64,000 bases of DNA from Peptococcaceae bacterium UBA7702 (lineage in GTDB: Bacteria > Bacillota > Dehalobacteriia > UBA7702): NCBI GenBank assembly GCA_002482535.1, contig DLGE01000011.1, positions 2,600 to 66,599 of the forward strand. Reading direction: 5' to 3'. A program made the translations under genes and the position numbers. Shown here one piece after another: positions 51,672 through 60,863 of the stretch. Each line of letters opens with the position of its first letter. Positions within the stretch are counted from its first letter, which is position 1. The notes beneath the pieces were generated by a model. That model saw only the letters and a list, made by a program, of their open reading frames with translations, did no database searches and was not told where the DNA came from.

Positions 51672-52940
51672 GAAACGAGTCAGATTTTTGCCATTGCCGT
51701 ATTCGTACTGGTTATGGCAGTCATCATCAGCGAAAAAGTCCACCGGGCAGCGGTAGCCCTGGCCGGTGGTATCATCCTGATTGTCTCCGGCGTCATTAGC
51801 TTTGATCAGGGGATTGAAGCCATCGATTTCGCTACCATGGGCGTGCTTTTGGGTATGATGCTCTTTGTCGCCGTGGTAAAGGAATCGGGACTTTTTGAGT
51901 ACATGGCCATCAAGGCGGCAAAAATTGCCAAAGGCGACCCCTGGCGCATCATGGTGGCGTTCATGATTGTCACCGCGGTCTTTTCAGCCTTTCTTGACAA
52001 TGTGACCACTGTTTTATTGGTGGGTCCCATGACCATCACCATCTGCCGAATGATCAAAACCAACCCGGTCCCATTTCTGCTCACGGAAATTCTCGCCTCC
52101 AATATAGGCGGCACCGCAACCTTAATCGGCGATCCGCCGAATATCATGATCGGCACCGCCGCGCATTTATCCTTCATTGACTTCATTCTTTACGACACAC
52201 CCGTCATTATCGTTGTCATGGTGGCCATGGTGATCTTCTTCCGTTTCGTTTACAAAAACAAGCTTTCCGCCTCCGCCGATGCCCAAAGTGAAGTGCTCAG
52301 TCTTGATGAAAATAAGTTCATTAAGGATGCAAAGCTCTTTAAAAAGAGCGTGATTATGATCATTCTCGTGGTGGCCGCTTTTATCTGCCACAGTTTTCTT
52401 GGCGTCGAATCCTGTGAAGTGGCTCTGGCCGCCGGGATTATCATGGTTATCATCGGCAGGACCAACGTAGAAGAAGCCATTCACAATGTAGAATGGCCGA
52501 CTCTGCTCTTCTTTATCGGTCTTTTTGTCGTCGTCGGCGCTTTGGACAAAACGGGTGTGATCGGCATGATGGCCAACGGCATCATCCAGGTTACCGGCGG
52601 CAATGTGATCTTGACCATGCTGGTCATCCTCTGGGTTTCCGCCCTGCTTTCGGCAATTTTAGATAATATTCCCTTTGTCGCCACGATGATTCCCTTGATT
52701 TTAACCATGGAAGCCAACGGCATTGATGCCGCTCCCCTTTGGTGGGCCCTTTCTCTCGGCGCCTGTCTCGGCGGTAACGGGACTTTGATTGGCGCTTCCG
52801 CCAATGTTGTACTTTCCGGGATCAGCAGCAAACACGGTTATCCCATTACTTTCATCAGCTTTCTTAAAATTGGTATGCCCATGATGCTGATTTCCGTGGT
52901 TATTGCCACCGCTTATCTATTGCTGCGTTTTGCCCTTTGA
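51672..52940 (+). CDS. ArsB/NhaD-superfamily permease, paralog A
   Basis: The product has about 11-12 TM helices. I chose the start METSQIF, which has an AGAGGGA RBS. Confidence 0.7.
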   Translation, partial: ETSQIFAIAVFVLVMAVIISEKVHRAAVALAGGIILIVSGVISFDQGIEAIDFATMGVLLGMMLFVAVVKESGLFEYMAIKAAKIAKGDPWRIMVAFMIVTAVFSAFLDNVTTVLLVGPMTITICRMIKTNPVPFLLTEILASNIGGTATLIGDPPNIMIGTAAHLSFIDFILYDTPVIIVVMVAMVIFFRFVYKNKLSASADAQSEVLSLDENKFIKDAKLFKKSVIMIILVVAAFICHSFLGVESCEVALAAGIIMVIIGRTNVEEAIHNVEWPTLLFFIGLFVVVGALDKTGVIGMMANGIIQVTGGNVILTMLVILWVSALLSAILDNIPFVATMIPLILTMEANGIDAAPLWWALSLGACLGGNGTLIGASANVVLSGISSKHGYPITFISFLKIGMPMMLISVVIATAYLLLRFAL

Positions 52941-53068
52941 CAAAAACAAACTACATGTATCCTACATGCATCTAAAGGATCATATCGCTGATATCTGTTT
53001 CACATATTGATTTTATAACTCCAAAATGGTAAAATGAAAAGAATAATGAAAAAAAATGGAGTAATATG

Positions 53069-54340
53069 ATGGAAACAAATCAGCTTTTCGCCATTGCCGT
53101 ATTTGTCTTGGTCATGGCGGTGATCGTCAGTGAAAAAATACACAGAGCGGCAGTGGCTCTGGCCGGCGGTATCATCCTGATCCTCTCCGGTATCATCTCC
53201 TTTGATGAAGGCATAGAAGCCATTGATTTCGGTACTTTGGGCGTATTATTGGGCATGATGCTCTTTGTGGCCGTGGTGAAAGAATCCGGTCTCTTTGAGT
53301 ACATGGCCATCAAGGCCGCAAAAATCGCCAAAGGAGACCCTTGGCGCATTATGATCGCTTTTATGGTCGTTACAGCGGTTTTATCCGCCTTTCTCGATAA
53401 TGTCACCACCGTTCTTTTGGTGGGGCCCATGACCATTACCATCTGTCAGATGCTCAAGGTAAACCCGGTGCCCTTTTTAATCACGGAGATTCTTGCTTCC
53501 AACATCGGCGGCACCGCCACCTTAATCGGGGATCCGCCCAACATCATGATCGGCAGCGCCGCCCATCTGTCCTTTCTGGATTTCTTGTCGATGGACGCTC
53601 CAGTGGTCGTCGTCATCATGATTGTCACGATTTTCTGTTTCCGTTTTATCTACGGTAAAAAGCTCACCGTAAGCCCAGAGGCCAAAGCGGAAATTCTAAC
53701 CCTTGATGAAAAGAAAGCCATCAAAGACGAAAAGCTCTTCAAAAAGAGCCTGGTGATGATTTTCTTCGTCGTTCTCGGCTTTATGCTCCATGGTGTGATC
53801 GGCATAGAATCCTCGGTCATTGCTTTGGCCGCGGGCATTTTGATGGTCATCATCGGCGGCACCAGCGTGGAAGAAGCCATCCATCATGTGGAATGGCCAA
53901 CGCTGCTCTTCTTTATCGGGCTTTTCGTCGTCGTCGGCGCCTTGGAAGCCACCGGTGTGATTACGCTGCTGGCCAACATGCTCATCGGGGCTACCGCAGG
54001 CAAATTGATCTTAACCATGCTGATGATCCTATGGATTTCAGCACTCCTATCCGCAATTTTAGATAACATCCCCTTTGTCGCCACAATGATACCGCTGGTC
54101 TTGACGATGGAAGCCAGCGGCATTGATGTTACGCCCCTTTGGTGGGCAATTTCTCTCGGCGCCTGCCTCGGCGGGAACGGCACTTTAATCGGCGCCTCCG
54201 CCAATGTCGTGCTTTCCGGTATCAGCAACCGGCAGGGATATCCCATTACCTTCCTTGCTTTTCTTAAAATCGGGATGCCAATGATGCTCCTTTCCATCGT
54301 CATTTCTTCTGTCTACCTATTGCTGCGTTTCGCAATCTAA
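53069..54340 (+). CDS. ArsB/NhaD-superfamily permease, paralog B
   Basis: It is about 80% identical to paralog A at the amino-acid level. It is tandem and on the same strand. Confidence 0.7.
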   Translation: METNQLFAIAVFVLVMAVIVSEKIHRAAVALAGGIILILSGIISFDEGIEAIDFGTLGVLLGMMLFVAVVKESGLFEYMAIKAAKIAKGDPWRIMIAFMVVTAVLSAFLDNVTTVLLVGPMTITICQMLKVNPVPFLITEILASNIGGTATLIGDPPNIMIGSAAHLSFLDFLSMDAPVVVVIMIVTIFCFRFIYGKKLTVSPEAKAEILTLDEKKAIKDEKLFKKSLVMIFFVVLGFMLHGVIGIESSVIALAAGILMVIIGGTSVEEAIHHVEWPTLLFFIGLFVVVGALEATGVITLLANMLIGATAGKLILTMLMILWISALLSAILDNIPFVATMIPLVLTMEASGIDVTPLWWAISLGACLGGNGTLIGASANVVLSGISNRQGYPITFLAFLKIGMPMMLLSIVISSVYLLLRFAI

Positions 54341-54366
54341 GATAAAAACTGAAAGAAGGAATTGTC

Positions 54367-54843
54367 ATGTATGAAAGTATGATCGATGGTGAAATCATCG
54401 AAATGACCAGCAGACAACTGGGGGCCAGCAAAGTGGTGGAACTCACGGGATCCCTCTATTACATCGAATTCCCGGTCACCGACTGTTGCACCCTCTCTTA
54501 TACCTTTAACGTCAACAGCAAAAATCAATATCATCTGCAACGCATCAAGCCCTATCCCTTTGCCCACGATCCCATCAAAGGGGAGGAAGATGTTATCGCT
54601 TTCATCAAAAAAGACTTGTCCCGTTTTCGCAACGCGGCCAAAAGCAGCAATTTTGATAATTTCGTCACTGCTGTCAATAAACTGATGACCATCGGCGAAC
54701 AAATGGACGACCTGTTTCTCAATTTCAATGTTGATAAAAAGGCCCTTTCCGAAATTGCACTGCACCTTGATGAGATTGAGGTACATATCGCCGAAGTGAA
54801 GCAATGCTCCGTTGAACTTGAGGTTCCCTACACAGCGGAATAA
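54367..54843 (+). CDS. hypothetical cytoplasmic protein
   Basis: The 158-aa ORF has a GAAGGA RBS and no recognisable motifs. Confidence 0.5.
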   Translation: MYESMIDGEIIEMTSRQLGASKVVELTGSLYYIEFPVTDCCTLSYTFNVNSKNQYHLQRIKPYPFAHDPIKGEEDVIAFIKKDLSRFRNAAKSSNFDNFVTAVNKLMTIGEQMDDLFLNFNVDKKALSEIALHLDEIEVHIAEVKQCSVELEVPYTAE

Positions 54844-54940
54844 CTTTTACAATCTTTATAACAAGGTAGACTTTTTGCCAGGGCGGCAGGGCGGCAGGGC
54901 GGCGAGAAACCGTATCCCGCAAGGCACAGGCAAAAAGCAG

Positions 54941-55012
54941 GTTCGCCGCGTATCAGCCTTTGTCGGCAGCCTGAGGGTGTGTCCCAAATTTGGGGCACAC
55001 CCTCTCTTTTTT
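54941..55012 (+). repeat. partial third copy of the repeated element's 3' end, followed by a terminator hairpin
   Basis: The string gttcgccgcgtatcagcctttgtcggcagcctg matches the last ~33 nt of the copy A and copy B cores. It is followed by gggtgtgtcccaaatttggggcacaccc and a T-run. Confidence 0.45.
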
Positions 55013-55020
55013 TACTGCTT

Positions 55021-56031
55021 TTATTGGCCGCCGCCGGGCATCTGCCCGCCGCCGGAGGGCATTTCACCACCACCTGGCATCTCTCCGCCACCGGGCATTT
55101 CACCGCCGCCCATATTGCCAAAGCCGCTGTTTTCTTCATCGTCTTCGGCAGAAATTACCTGCACGGTTTCACCGCCCTGCAAACCGTTGGTGATCTCAAT
55201 ATAGGAACCGTTGCTGATCCCCGTTTCCACCGTCACGTTTTCGGTGGTACCGTCGTCGTTGACCACCGTCACATAGGATTCGCCATTGGCGGTCTGCACC
55301 GCCGTGAGAGGAACGGCAATCACATCGGCGGCTTCTTCCAAAATGATCGAAGCCGTGCCGGTCATGCCGATTTTAAGGTTGCCGTCATTCTCAAAAGTCA
55401 CGGTGGCGCTAAAGGTGGAACCGCTGGAAGAATAAGTGCCCCTTTCACTGATGAAGGTAATGTAGCCGGTATACACCGTATCTGTGGTTGACGTGGCAAT
55501 CGCCACCTCATTGCCGACGCTGACTTTACCGATGTCTTCTTCACTGACGGACAAAGTCATCGACAGCGTGTCACTGCTGGCCACCGTAATATAATACTCC
55601 GAGGTAAGCTCTGCGTCCTCGTCGGGAAGGGACAATGTTTCGATCACGAGGTTATAAGGAGCATACATATATTTGCCGTTGGTATATTTTAGCAGCGGGT
55701 CGCCTTCGGCAACGGCTTCGCCGGCGCTGACCAAAACCTCCTCAAGATCATAGGTTGCGTGGGGTTCGATGTCTTCTGTTAAAGCGGAGGAAATTTCTCC
55801 TTCTGAGGAAAGCGTATTTTGGATGGTCATGGTTTGCACCGTTGTTGTAGTAACGGATTTGTCAGCTTCCACAGCGGCGCCATCTTGCAAGAGGATGCCA
55901 CCAATCACCGAAGAGGCAATCACCGCAACGACCGCCAAAACGGTAACAAGGATTTTATGCTTCTTTACAAATTTTATAAACTTGAAGAACTTACTGCCTC
56001 TTTTGGCTTCTAATTGCTGTTTTTTGCTCAT
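55021..56031 (-). CDS. HlyD-family membrane-fusion (periplasmic adaptor-like) protein with a C-terminal Gly-rich GGEMP repeat tail
   Basis: The product has an N-terminal TM and biotinyl-lipoyl-like and beta-barrel MFP motifs. The C-terminus reads GGGEMPGGGEMPGGGEMPSGGGQMPGGGQ. Confidence 0.7.
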   Translation of the reverse strand: MSKKQQLEAKRGSKFFKFIKFVKKHKILVTVLAVVAVIASSVIGGILLQDGAAVEADKSVTTTTVQTMTIQNTLSSEGEISSALTEDIEPHATYDLEEVLVSAGEAVAEGDPLLKYTNGKYMYAPYNLVIETLSLPDEDAELTSEYYITVASSDTLSMTLSVSEEDIGKVSVGNEVAIATSTTDTVYTGYITFISERGTYSSSGSTFSATVTFENDGNLKIGMTGTASIILEEAADVIAVPLTAVQTANGESYVTVVNDDGTTENVTVETGISNGSYIEITNGLQGGETVQVISAEDDEENSGFGNMGGGEMPGGGEMPGGGEMPSGGGQMPGGGQ

Positions 56032-56891
56032 GCCACATTCTCCCTGGTCACATAGATTCGATAGGTCCTCAGGTTACCGTTTTCCGCGGTAACGCTGACC
56101 AGCACTTTATTAACGCCTACGGCCAAATCGTCATTTCCCGTTACAGCAACGACAGCGGCATCATCCTCGGCAACGGCGCTCACGGTAATGTCGCTGACAT
56201 CGTTGGCTACCGTGATAAAATACGTGTCATTGGTTTTCGTAAAATCTGTCTGAAAAGCGTAATCCGTTACCGCAAGGCTTGATAAATAATTATTGTAGGA
56301 ACCCTGGTACGTCACGGTTGCGGCAGAAGAGACAGTGGAAGCAGAAGCCGCCGGAGTAGCAGTTCCTCCCCCAGCCGCGGCAGATGCTCCCGCTGTGCTC
56401 CCGTTGGCCGTTTCGTTTTCCGTTTCGTCTTTGCTTTCGCCGCCGGTTTCTTCTTCCACCGGTCTTGGGGCTACCGTAAAGGTCAGCGTATCACTGATGG
56501 ACACGCCGCTATCACTTAAAAGGACAGCCGTAACGGTATACGTTGTGCCGGAAACAGCGTCTGCAGGAAGGTACGCCAATGCATTGAGAGAAGAAAGCCC
56601 CACCAAATCCGCAGAGGCGATCTGATACGATTTTTGTACGGCGTTATACGTAACGGAAACACTCTCTTTTGTGGTCAGGCCGGTGACTTCTGGAGATACG
56701 GTTAGGGACAGCGTATAGCCGGTATCCGTTTCCGGTATCCCGGTGAGATCCACGCTAAAGCTGTATGCTCCCTGGGCTTCGACTTCGCTGACAGAGGATA
56801 CCAGCAGATTCGTATCGTCGGCCCCGTAAACGAGCATGCCGGGAATCAGCAGGAGCAGAGCGATGACAGGGATCCAAGTTTTCTTTTTCAT
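56028..56891 (-). CDS. secreted protein with a C-terminal cadherin-like beta-sandwich domain
   Basis: A signal peptide (MKKKTWIPVIALLLLIPG) is present. The C-terminus reads LSSLAVTDY...GNLRTYRIYVTR, which is cadherin-like beta-sandwich (PF12733-like). Confidence 0.6.
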   Translation of the reverse strand: MKKKTWIPVIALLLLIPGMLVYGADDTNLLVSSVSEVEAQGAYSFSVDLTGIPETDTGYTLSLTVSPEVTGLTTKESVSVTYNAVQKSYQIASADLVGLSSLNALAYLPADAVSGTTYTVTAVLLSDSGVSISDTLTFTVAPRPVEEETGGESKDETENETANGSTAGASAAAGGGTATPAASASTVSSAATVTYQGSYNNYLSSLAVTDYAFQTDFTKTNDTYFITVANDVSDITVSAVAEDDAAVVAVTGNDDLAVGVNKVLVSVTAENGNLRTYRIYVTRENVA

Positions 56892-56908
56892 TTCAGTATA
56901 ACCTCCCC

Positions 56909-58078
56909 TTATTCCTGTTTCAGAGCATCGATTGGCCGTAAACCGGCAGCGCGGTAGGAGGGAAAAATCCCAAAGACCAGACCGACGGCAGCAGAGACGC
57001 TGAAGGATACCAGGATCACACCGACGCCGGGAGCAAAGGAGACGCCGAAAACCTCTGAGGCAAAACCGCCGCTGATACCGGCAACAATACCCAGGATGCC
57101 CCCGAACAAACTCAAGACCAATGATTCAATGAGAAACTGTTTTAAAATATCTGAACGCTTGGCGCCCAGGGATTTCCGGATGCCGATTTCCTTCGTCCGT
57201 TCCGATACGGAAACCAGCATCACATTCATCACGCCGATGCCGCCCACAAGCAATGAGATTCCGGCAATGCCACCCAAAAGCAAGGACATCGTATTCGTGA
57301 TATCCGCCATTGCTTCCAGCGTTGATTCCTGGGTGGAAACACTGAAATCATCATCAGCGGAGAGAGCGTAGGTTCGCGTCAAGTACATTTCCGCTTCACT
57401 GGCGGCCTCCTCCACCCCGTCTTCGCTGGCGGCTTTCAAATAAAGATTGCTGATACCGGTGTCAGTGCCAAGATATTTTACGGTGGTCATCGGCATCAGT
57501 AACATATCGTCAACATTGTTCCCCATGGAAGAGCCGGTACTTTCCAATACGCCGATCACGGTATAATGGTCGCCGTCGATTTTCACCGTTTCTCCCAAAG
57601 GGTTCGTTAAACCAAAGAGATCTTTGGCGGCGTCACTGCCGATGATCACCACTTTGCTACAGTTTTCAATATCGATTTCCGAGATCGTTCTGCCCTTTGC
57701 CAACTGATAACCCATGATATCAATGTAATGATCGTTGGTGGCGATGAGAGACGTTTGGGCTGAGGTCTCCGCTTCCCGGCTCACCGTGGCGGAAACGGTG
57801 AGATACGGCGCTGCGCTGTCAATTAGGCTCAGCGAGGTAAAACCGTCCAGCTCATCGTAATCAAGGGTCGTGTCGCTGTTGTTGATCGTCACCGTCAGCA
57901 CATCGGCGCCAAGGCTGGAAACCTGGTCTTGGACACTACCGGCGGCACCGTTACCGATGCCCACCAAAATGATCACAGAGGCGATCCCGATCACCAAACC
58001 CAGCATGGTGAGACCGGAGCGCAATTTGTTACTGCGGATATTGCTAAATGCCAGTTTGACCGTTAAAAACAGATTCAT
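56909..58078 (-). CDS. ABC transporter permease, FtsX/MacB-like
   Basis: The product has an N-terminal TM, a large extracytoplasmic domain and a C-terminal 3-TM FtsX domain. Confidence 0.8.
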   Translation of the reverse strand: MNLFLTVKLAFSNIRSNKLRSGLTMLGLVIGIASVIILVGIGNGAAGSVQDQVSSLGADVLTVTINNSDTTLDYDELDGFTSLSLIDSAAPYLTVSATVSREAETSAQTSLIATNDHYIDIMGYQLAKGRTISEIDIENCSKVVIIGSDAAKDLFGLTNPLGETVKIDGDHYTVIGVLESTGSSMGNNVDDMLLMPMTTVKYLGTDTGISNLYLKAASEDGVEEAASEAEMYLTRTYALSADDDFSVSTQESTLEAMADITNTMSLLLGGIAGISLLVGGIGVMNVMLVSVSERTKEIGIRKSLGAKRSDILKQFLIESLVLSLFGGILGIVAGISGGFASEVFGVSFAPGVGVILVSFSVSAAVGLVFGIFPSYRAAGLRPIDALKQE

Positions 58079-58752
58079 CGCGCGTCCCCCGTGTCCATGA
58101 GCTTTCCGTCACCAATGGTTACCACCCGTTTCGCCTTGGTGGCAACCTTTAAATCATGGGTAATCAGGAGGATCGTCTGCCCCCTATCGTTTAACATTGC
58201 CAGGAGCTCCATGATTTCCGTGCCGGTTTTGGAATCAAGGGCGCCGGTGGGTTCATCGGCCAGGATGATATCGGGGCTGCAGGCAAGGGCCCGGGCAATG
58301 GCAACCCGCTGCTGCTGGCCGCCGGAAAGTTGGCAAGATAAATGCTGATACCGGTCGGTAAGTTTCATCTTCTCCAGGAATTCCAAGGCTCTCGCCTTGG
58401 CGTCTTTTTCCCCCATCCCTTTATAAAGCAAGGGTACCATAACATTTTCAAGGGCGTTCATCTTGGGCAAAAGATTAAAGCTCTGAAACACAAAACCGAT
58501 TTTTTCATTGCGGATCTTCGCCTGCTCATTGTCGGAAAGCTGCGTCACGTCTTTTCCCGCCAATAGATAAGTACCGCTGTCCGCCATATCCAGCAGACCG
58601 ATGATATTCATCAGCGTCGATTTCCCGGAACCGCTGGGACCGACAATGGAAACGAACTCCCCTGCTTTTACCTGAAAATCGATATGATCCACGGCACAAA
58701 TCGTCTCGTCCCCCATTTGATAAGTTTTACTCAAACCAGTCATTGCGATCAT
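58075..58752 (-). CDS. ABC transporter ATP-binding protein, MacB/YknY-like
   Basis: Walker A GPSGSGKST, the signature LSGGQQQR and a Walker B are present. Confidence 0.85.
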   Translation of the reverse strand: MIAMTGLSKTYQMGDETICAVDHIDFQVKAGEFVSIVGPSGSGKSTLMNIIGLLDMADSGTYLLAGKDVTQLSDNEQAKIRNEKIGFVFQSFNLLPKMNALENVMVPLLYKGMGEKDAKARALEFLEKMKLTDRYQHLSCQLSGGQQQRVAIARALACSPDIILADEPTGALDSKTGTEIMELLAMLNDRGQTILLITHDLKVATKAKRVVTIGDGKLMDTGDAR

Positions 58753-58762
58753 TTTCTTCTCC

Positions 58763-59743
58763 TTAACCGATCTTTTCTACACGCACCGTCTCGTCACCGC
58801 TAAGCCCCGCGGTGATTTCCACGTAATGAGCGTCGCTGATACCGGTTTCCACGGTCTGCTTGGTAATACTGCCATCGTCACCCACAAGGTAAACGTAACG
58901 GTCAGCAGCGCTGAAATAGACGGCCTCCACGGGCACGGCGATGACATCCTCCTTGGATTCCAACATAATCGTGCAGTTGGCCCCCATGCCGAGTTTCAAA
59001 TTCCCGTCATTGACCATACTGATGATGACCTCAAAATAGGCGGTATTATTGTTGTCCGTGGACGTACCCGAACTGCCATTGCTGTTGGCGGAAGCAGCCG
59101 CTTCGCTGCCGCCAACGCTGCTTTCCGTGGTTTCAGAAGAAGTATCGCTGCTTAAAGATCTGCTGGCAGCGCCGCTGAGATAGGTAATCGTACCCTCATA
59201 AACCGTATTCTTGTCGGCATTGACGACGATATCCGCTTCGTCGCCTTTGGCGACCATGTTGATCTCGTCCTGGGGAACCGTAATGTCGAGGATGAGCTCA
59301 TCGGTGGGGTAGATGGTGATGTAGTGACTGCTCGTCGCCGTCGCCCCGGTTTCCGGCGCGTTGATTTCGGCAATCACACCGTTGCAGTCGGCAGTCAGAT
59401 AAGTGCCGTTGCTGTATTCCGCTAATTTCTGTCCTGTCACCACAGCGTCGTCCGTTTCCACGCAGGTCGCTTTCAATGTTTTTGAAGTGCTGAAAGACAC
59501 GGTTTCCGGATCGGCGTAGGTGATTTCCCCGGCTGCGGTCAAGGTCCTGTCTATGGTTCTCGTCGTCACCGCGACAGTTTCATAACTGACCGCGTCTTCC
59601 GCATCGTTATCCAGGTAAAGCAGCGCCGCTGTGGCGGCGGCCAACATAAAAACGAGAACCGCGGCGCCGCAAAACAGAAGGCCTTTGGGATTCTTTCGGA
59701 ACCGCTGGCGAAAATCAAGCCGCCGCTTCCTTGTCTTAGCCAC
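58763..59743 (-). CDS. HlyD-family membrane-fusion protein, YknX-like
   Basis: I chose the start GTG at 59743 (VAKTRKRRL...) just before the TM segment. The ORF-track start at 60199 adds 152 aa of low-complexity sequence with no RBS. Confidence 0.6.
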   Translation of the reverse strand: MAKTRKRRLDFRQRFRKNPKGLLFCGAAVLVFMLAAATAALLYLDNDAEDAVSYETVAVTTRTIDRTLTAAGEITYADPETVSFSTSKTLKATCVETDDAVVTGQKLAEYSNGTYLTADCNGVIAEINAPETGATATSSHYITIYPTDELILDITVPQDEINMVAKGDEADIVVNADKNTVYEGTITYLSGAASRSLSSDTSSETTESSVGGSEAAASANSNGSSGTSTDNNNTAYFEVIISMVNDGNLKLGMGANCTIMLESKEDVIAVPVEAVYFSAADRYVYLVGDDGSITKQTVETGISDAHYVEITAGLSGDETVRVEKIG

Positions 59744-60129
59744 CGTTACCCCCGTTAAGGCAACACTCTCCGCCACGGCAAGGCTTTCTTCTGCGCTCTT
59801 GGAGGCAGTATCGCAAGCCTTGCCACGGTCGCCCTCAAAAAAAGCCAGCCCTTCGCCGCCTGCTCCCTTTGCTTCTGTTTCGTCATGCGTGAGACCGTCT
59901 CTCTTATTTCGATTCAAAAATTTCAATGCGGAAAACCTCCCCGAAAAGCAAACTAACCATGAATTCAGCATAGAGGAGCGATATGTAAAATCCATGGCTA
60001 TTTTTTCCTTCTTTGATGAAAAACCAGCAGGAAATTGAGGAACAGATCCCATTGAAAAAACCTGCCGCCCTTCGCCAAGGCCGATACGGCGTCGGTTACG
60101 CGGCACTGCCGAAACCCCCATAACGCAAA

Positions 60130-60165
60130 AACGGCATAGTCGGTATTTTCTACCGGCTATGCCCC
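60130..60165 (-). terminator. rho-independent terminator downstream of the gene at 60237-60737
   Basis: A ggcatagccggtagaaaataccgactatgcc hairpin is followed by GTTTTTG on the minus strand. Confidence 0.6.
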
Positions 60166-60236
60166 ATTTTTCAAAGGAAACCATTCCCTTAGAACCCACC
60201 TTTTAACGGCGGCTTCCGCATGATCATAAAATCATT

Positions 60237-60737
60237 TTATTCTTTTGTTTCGTCTGCCGCCGCAGCGCTTTTTTCTTCACAGCAGCCAGAGGAATCCGCG
60301 TTTTCCGCGACGTCTTCTTCCGTGTCTTCCTCTATGCTTCTTTCAATGGTCGCCTCGTCGTCGGCATAGCGGATGGTATATTCCACTACAACGTCCTCTT
60401 CATCGCCGCCCTTGATCTTTTCCTTGACTTTGCCAACAAAGCCGCAACACGAGGCCCCCTTCACTTTTTCCGCTACTTTCGCTGAGGTTTCTTTGACGCC
60501 GCTGATGGCGAAATCTTTTTTATCTTTGATGTCCTGCCTCGTTTCCGCGCCGGATTGAGGAACGGTCAAGGCGGTTACGGCCGCGCCGACCACAACGCCG
60601 ACGGCCAAACCGATGGCAATGCCGCCGAGCATCATCATGTTTTCTCTCATTTCTGCCTCTTTTTTACTGATGACAGGAACCTGATCCCGGAACAATTTTT
60701 TGGCAACAGGACTGAAGGAGTATTTGCTAAATCTCAC
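60237..60737 (-). CDS. membrane-anchored YtxH-like domain protein with an acidic C-terminus and two Cys-Cys pairs
   Basis: The start is GTG with an AGGAGG RBS. The product has an N-terminal TM, a KDFAISGVKETSAKVAEKVKGA segment and CC pairs at GASCCGF and SSGCCEE. Confidence 0.55.
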   Translation of the reverse strand: MRFSKYSFSPVAKKLFRDQVPVISKKEAEMRENMMMLGGIAIGLAVGVVVGAAVTALTVPQSGAETRQDIKDKKDFAISGVKETSAKVAEKVKGASCCGFVGKVKEKIKGGDEEDVVVEYTIRYADDEATIERSIEEDTEEDVAENADSSGCCEEKSAAAADETKE

Positions 60738-60768
60738 TTACAGCACCTCCTTTCCTTTGATTGGATTT

Positions 60769-60797
60769 ATTATATGATAACTGGCTTTGTTTGTCAA
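60769..60797 (-). promoter_or_regulatory. sigma-A promoter, TTGACA-N17-TATAAT
   Basis: On the minus strand the -35 and -10 are perfect consensus hexamers with a 17-nt spacer. The promoter sits about 30 nt upstream of the GTG start at 60737. Confidence 0.6.
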
Positions 60798-60863
60798 ATG
60801 GAGACAAAGGCAAAAATCCTGCGCCAGCGGGGTTTGACTCTGGGCAGGATTTCATAAACGCAA

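Noticed and set aside
58763-60199. 478-aa ORF-track version of the first MFP gene
   Set aside because: The first ~150 codons are low-complexity, lack an RBS and precede the only TM segment. A GTG with an upstream G-rich RBS at 59743 gives a normal ~327-aa HlyD-family protein.
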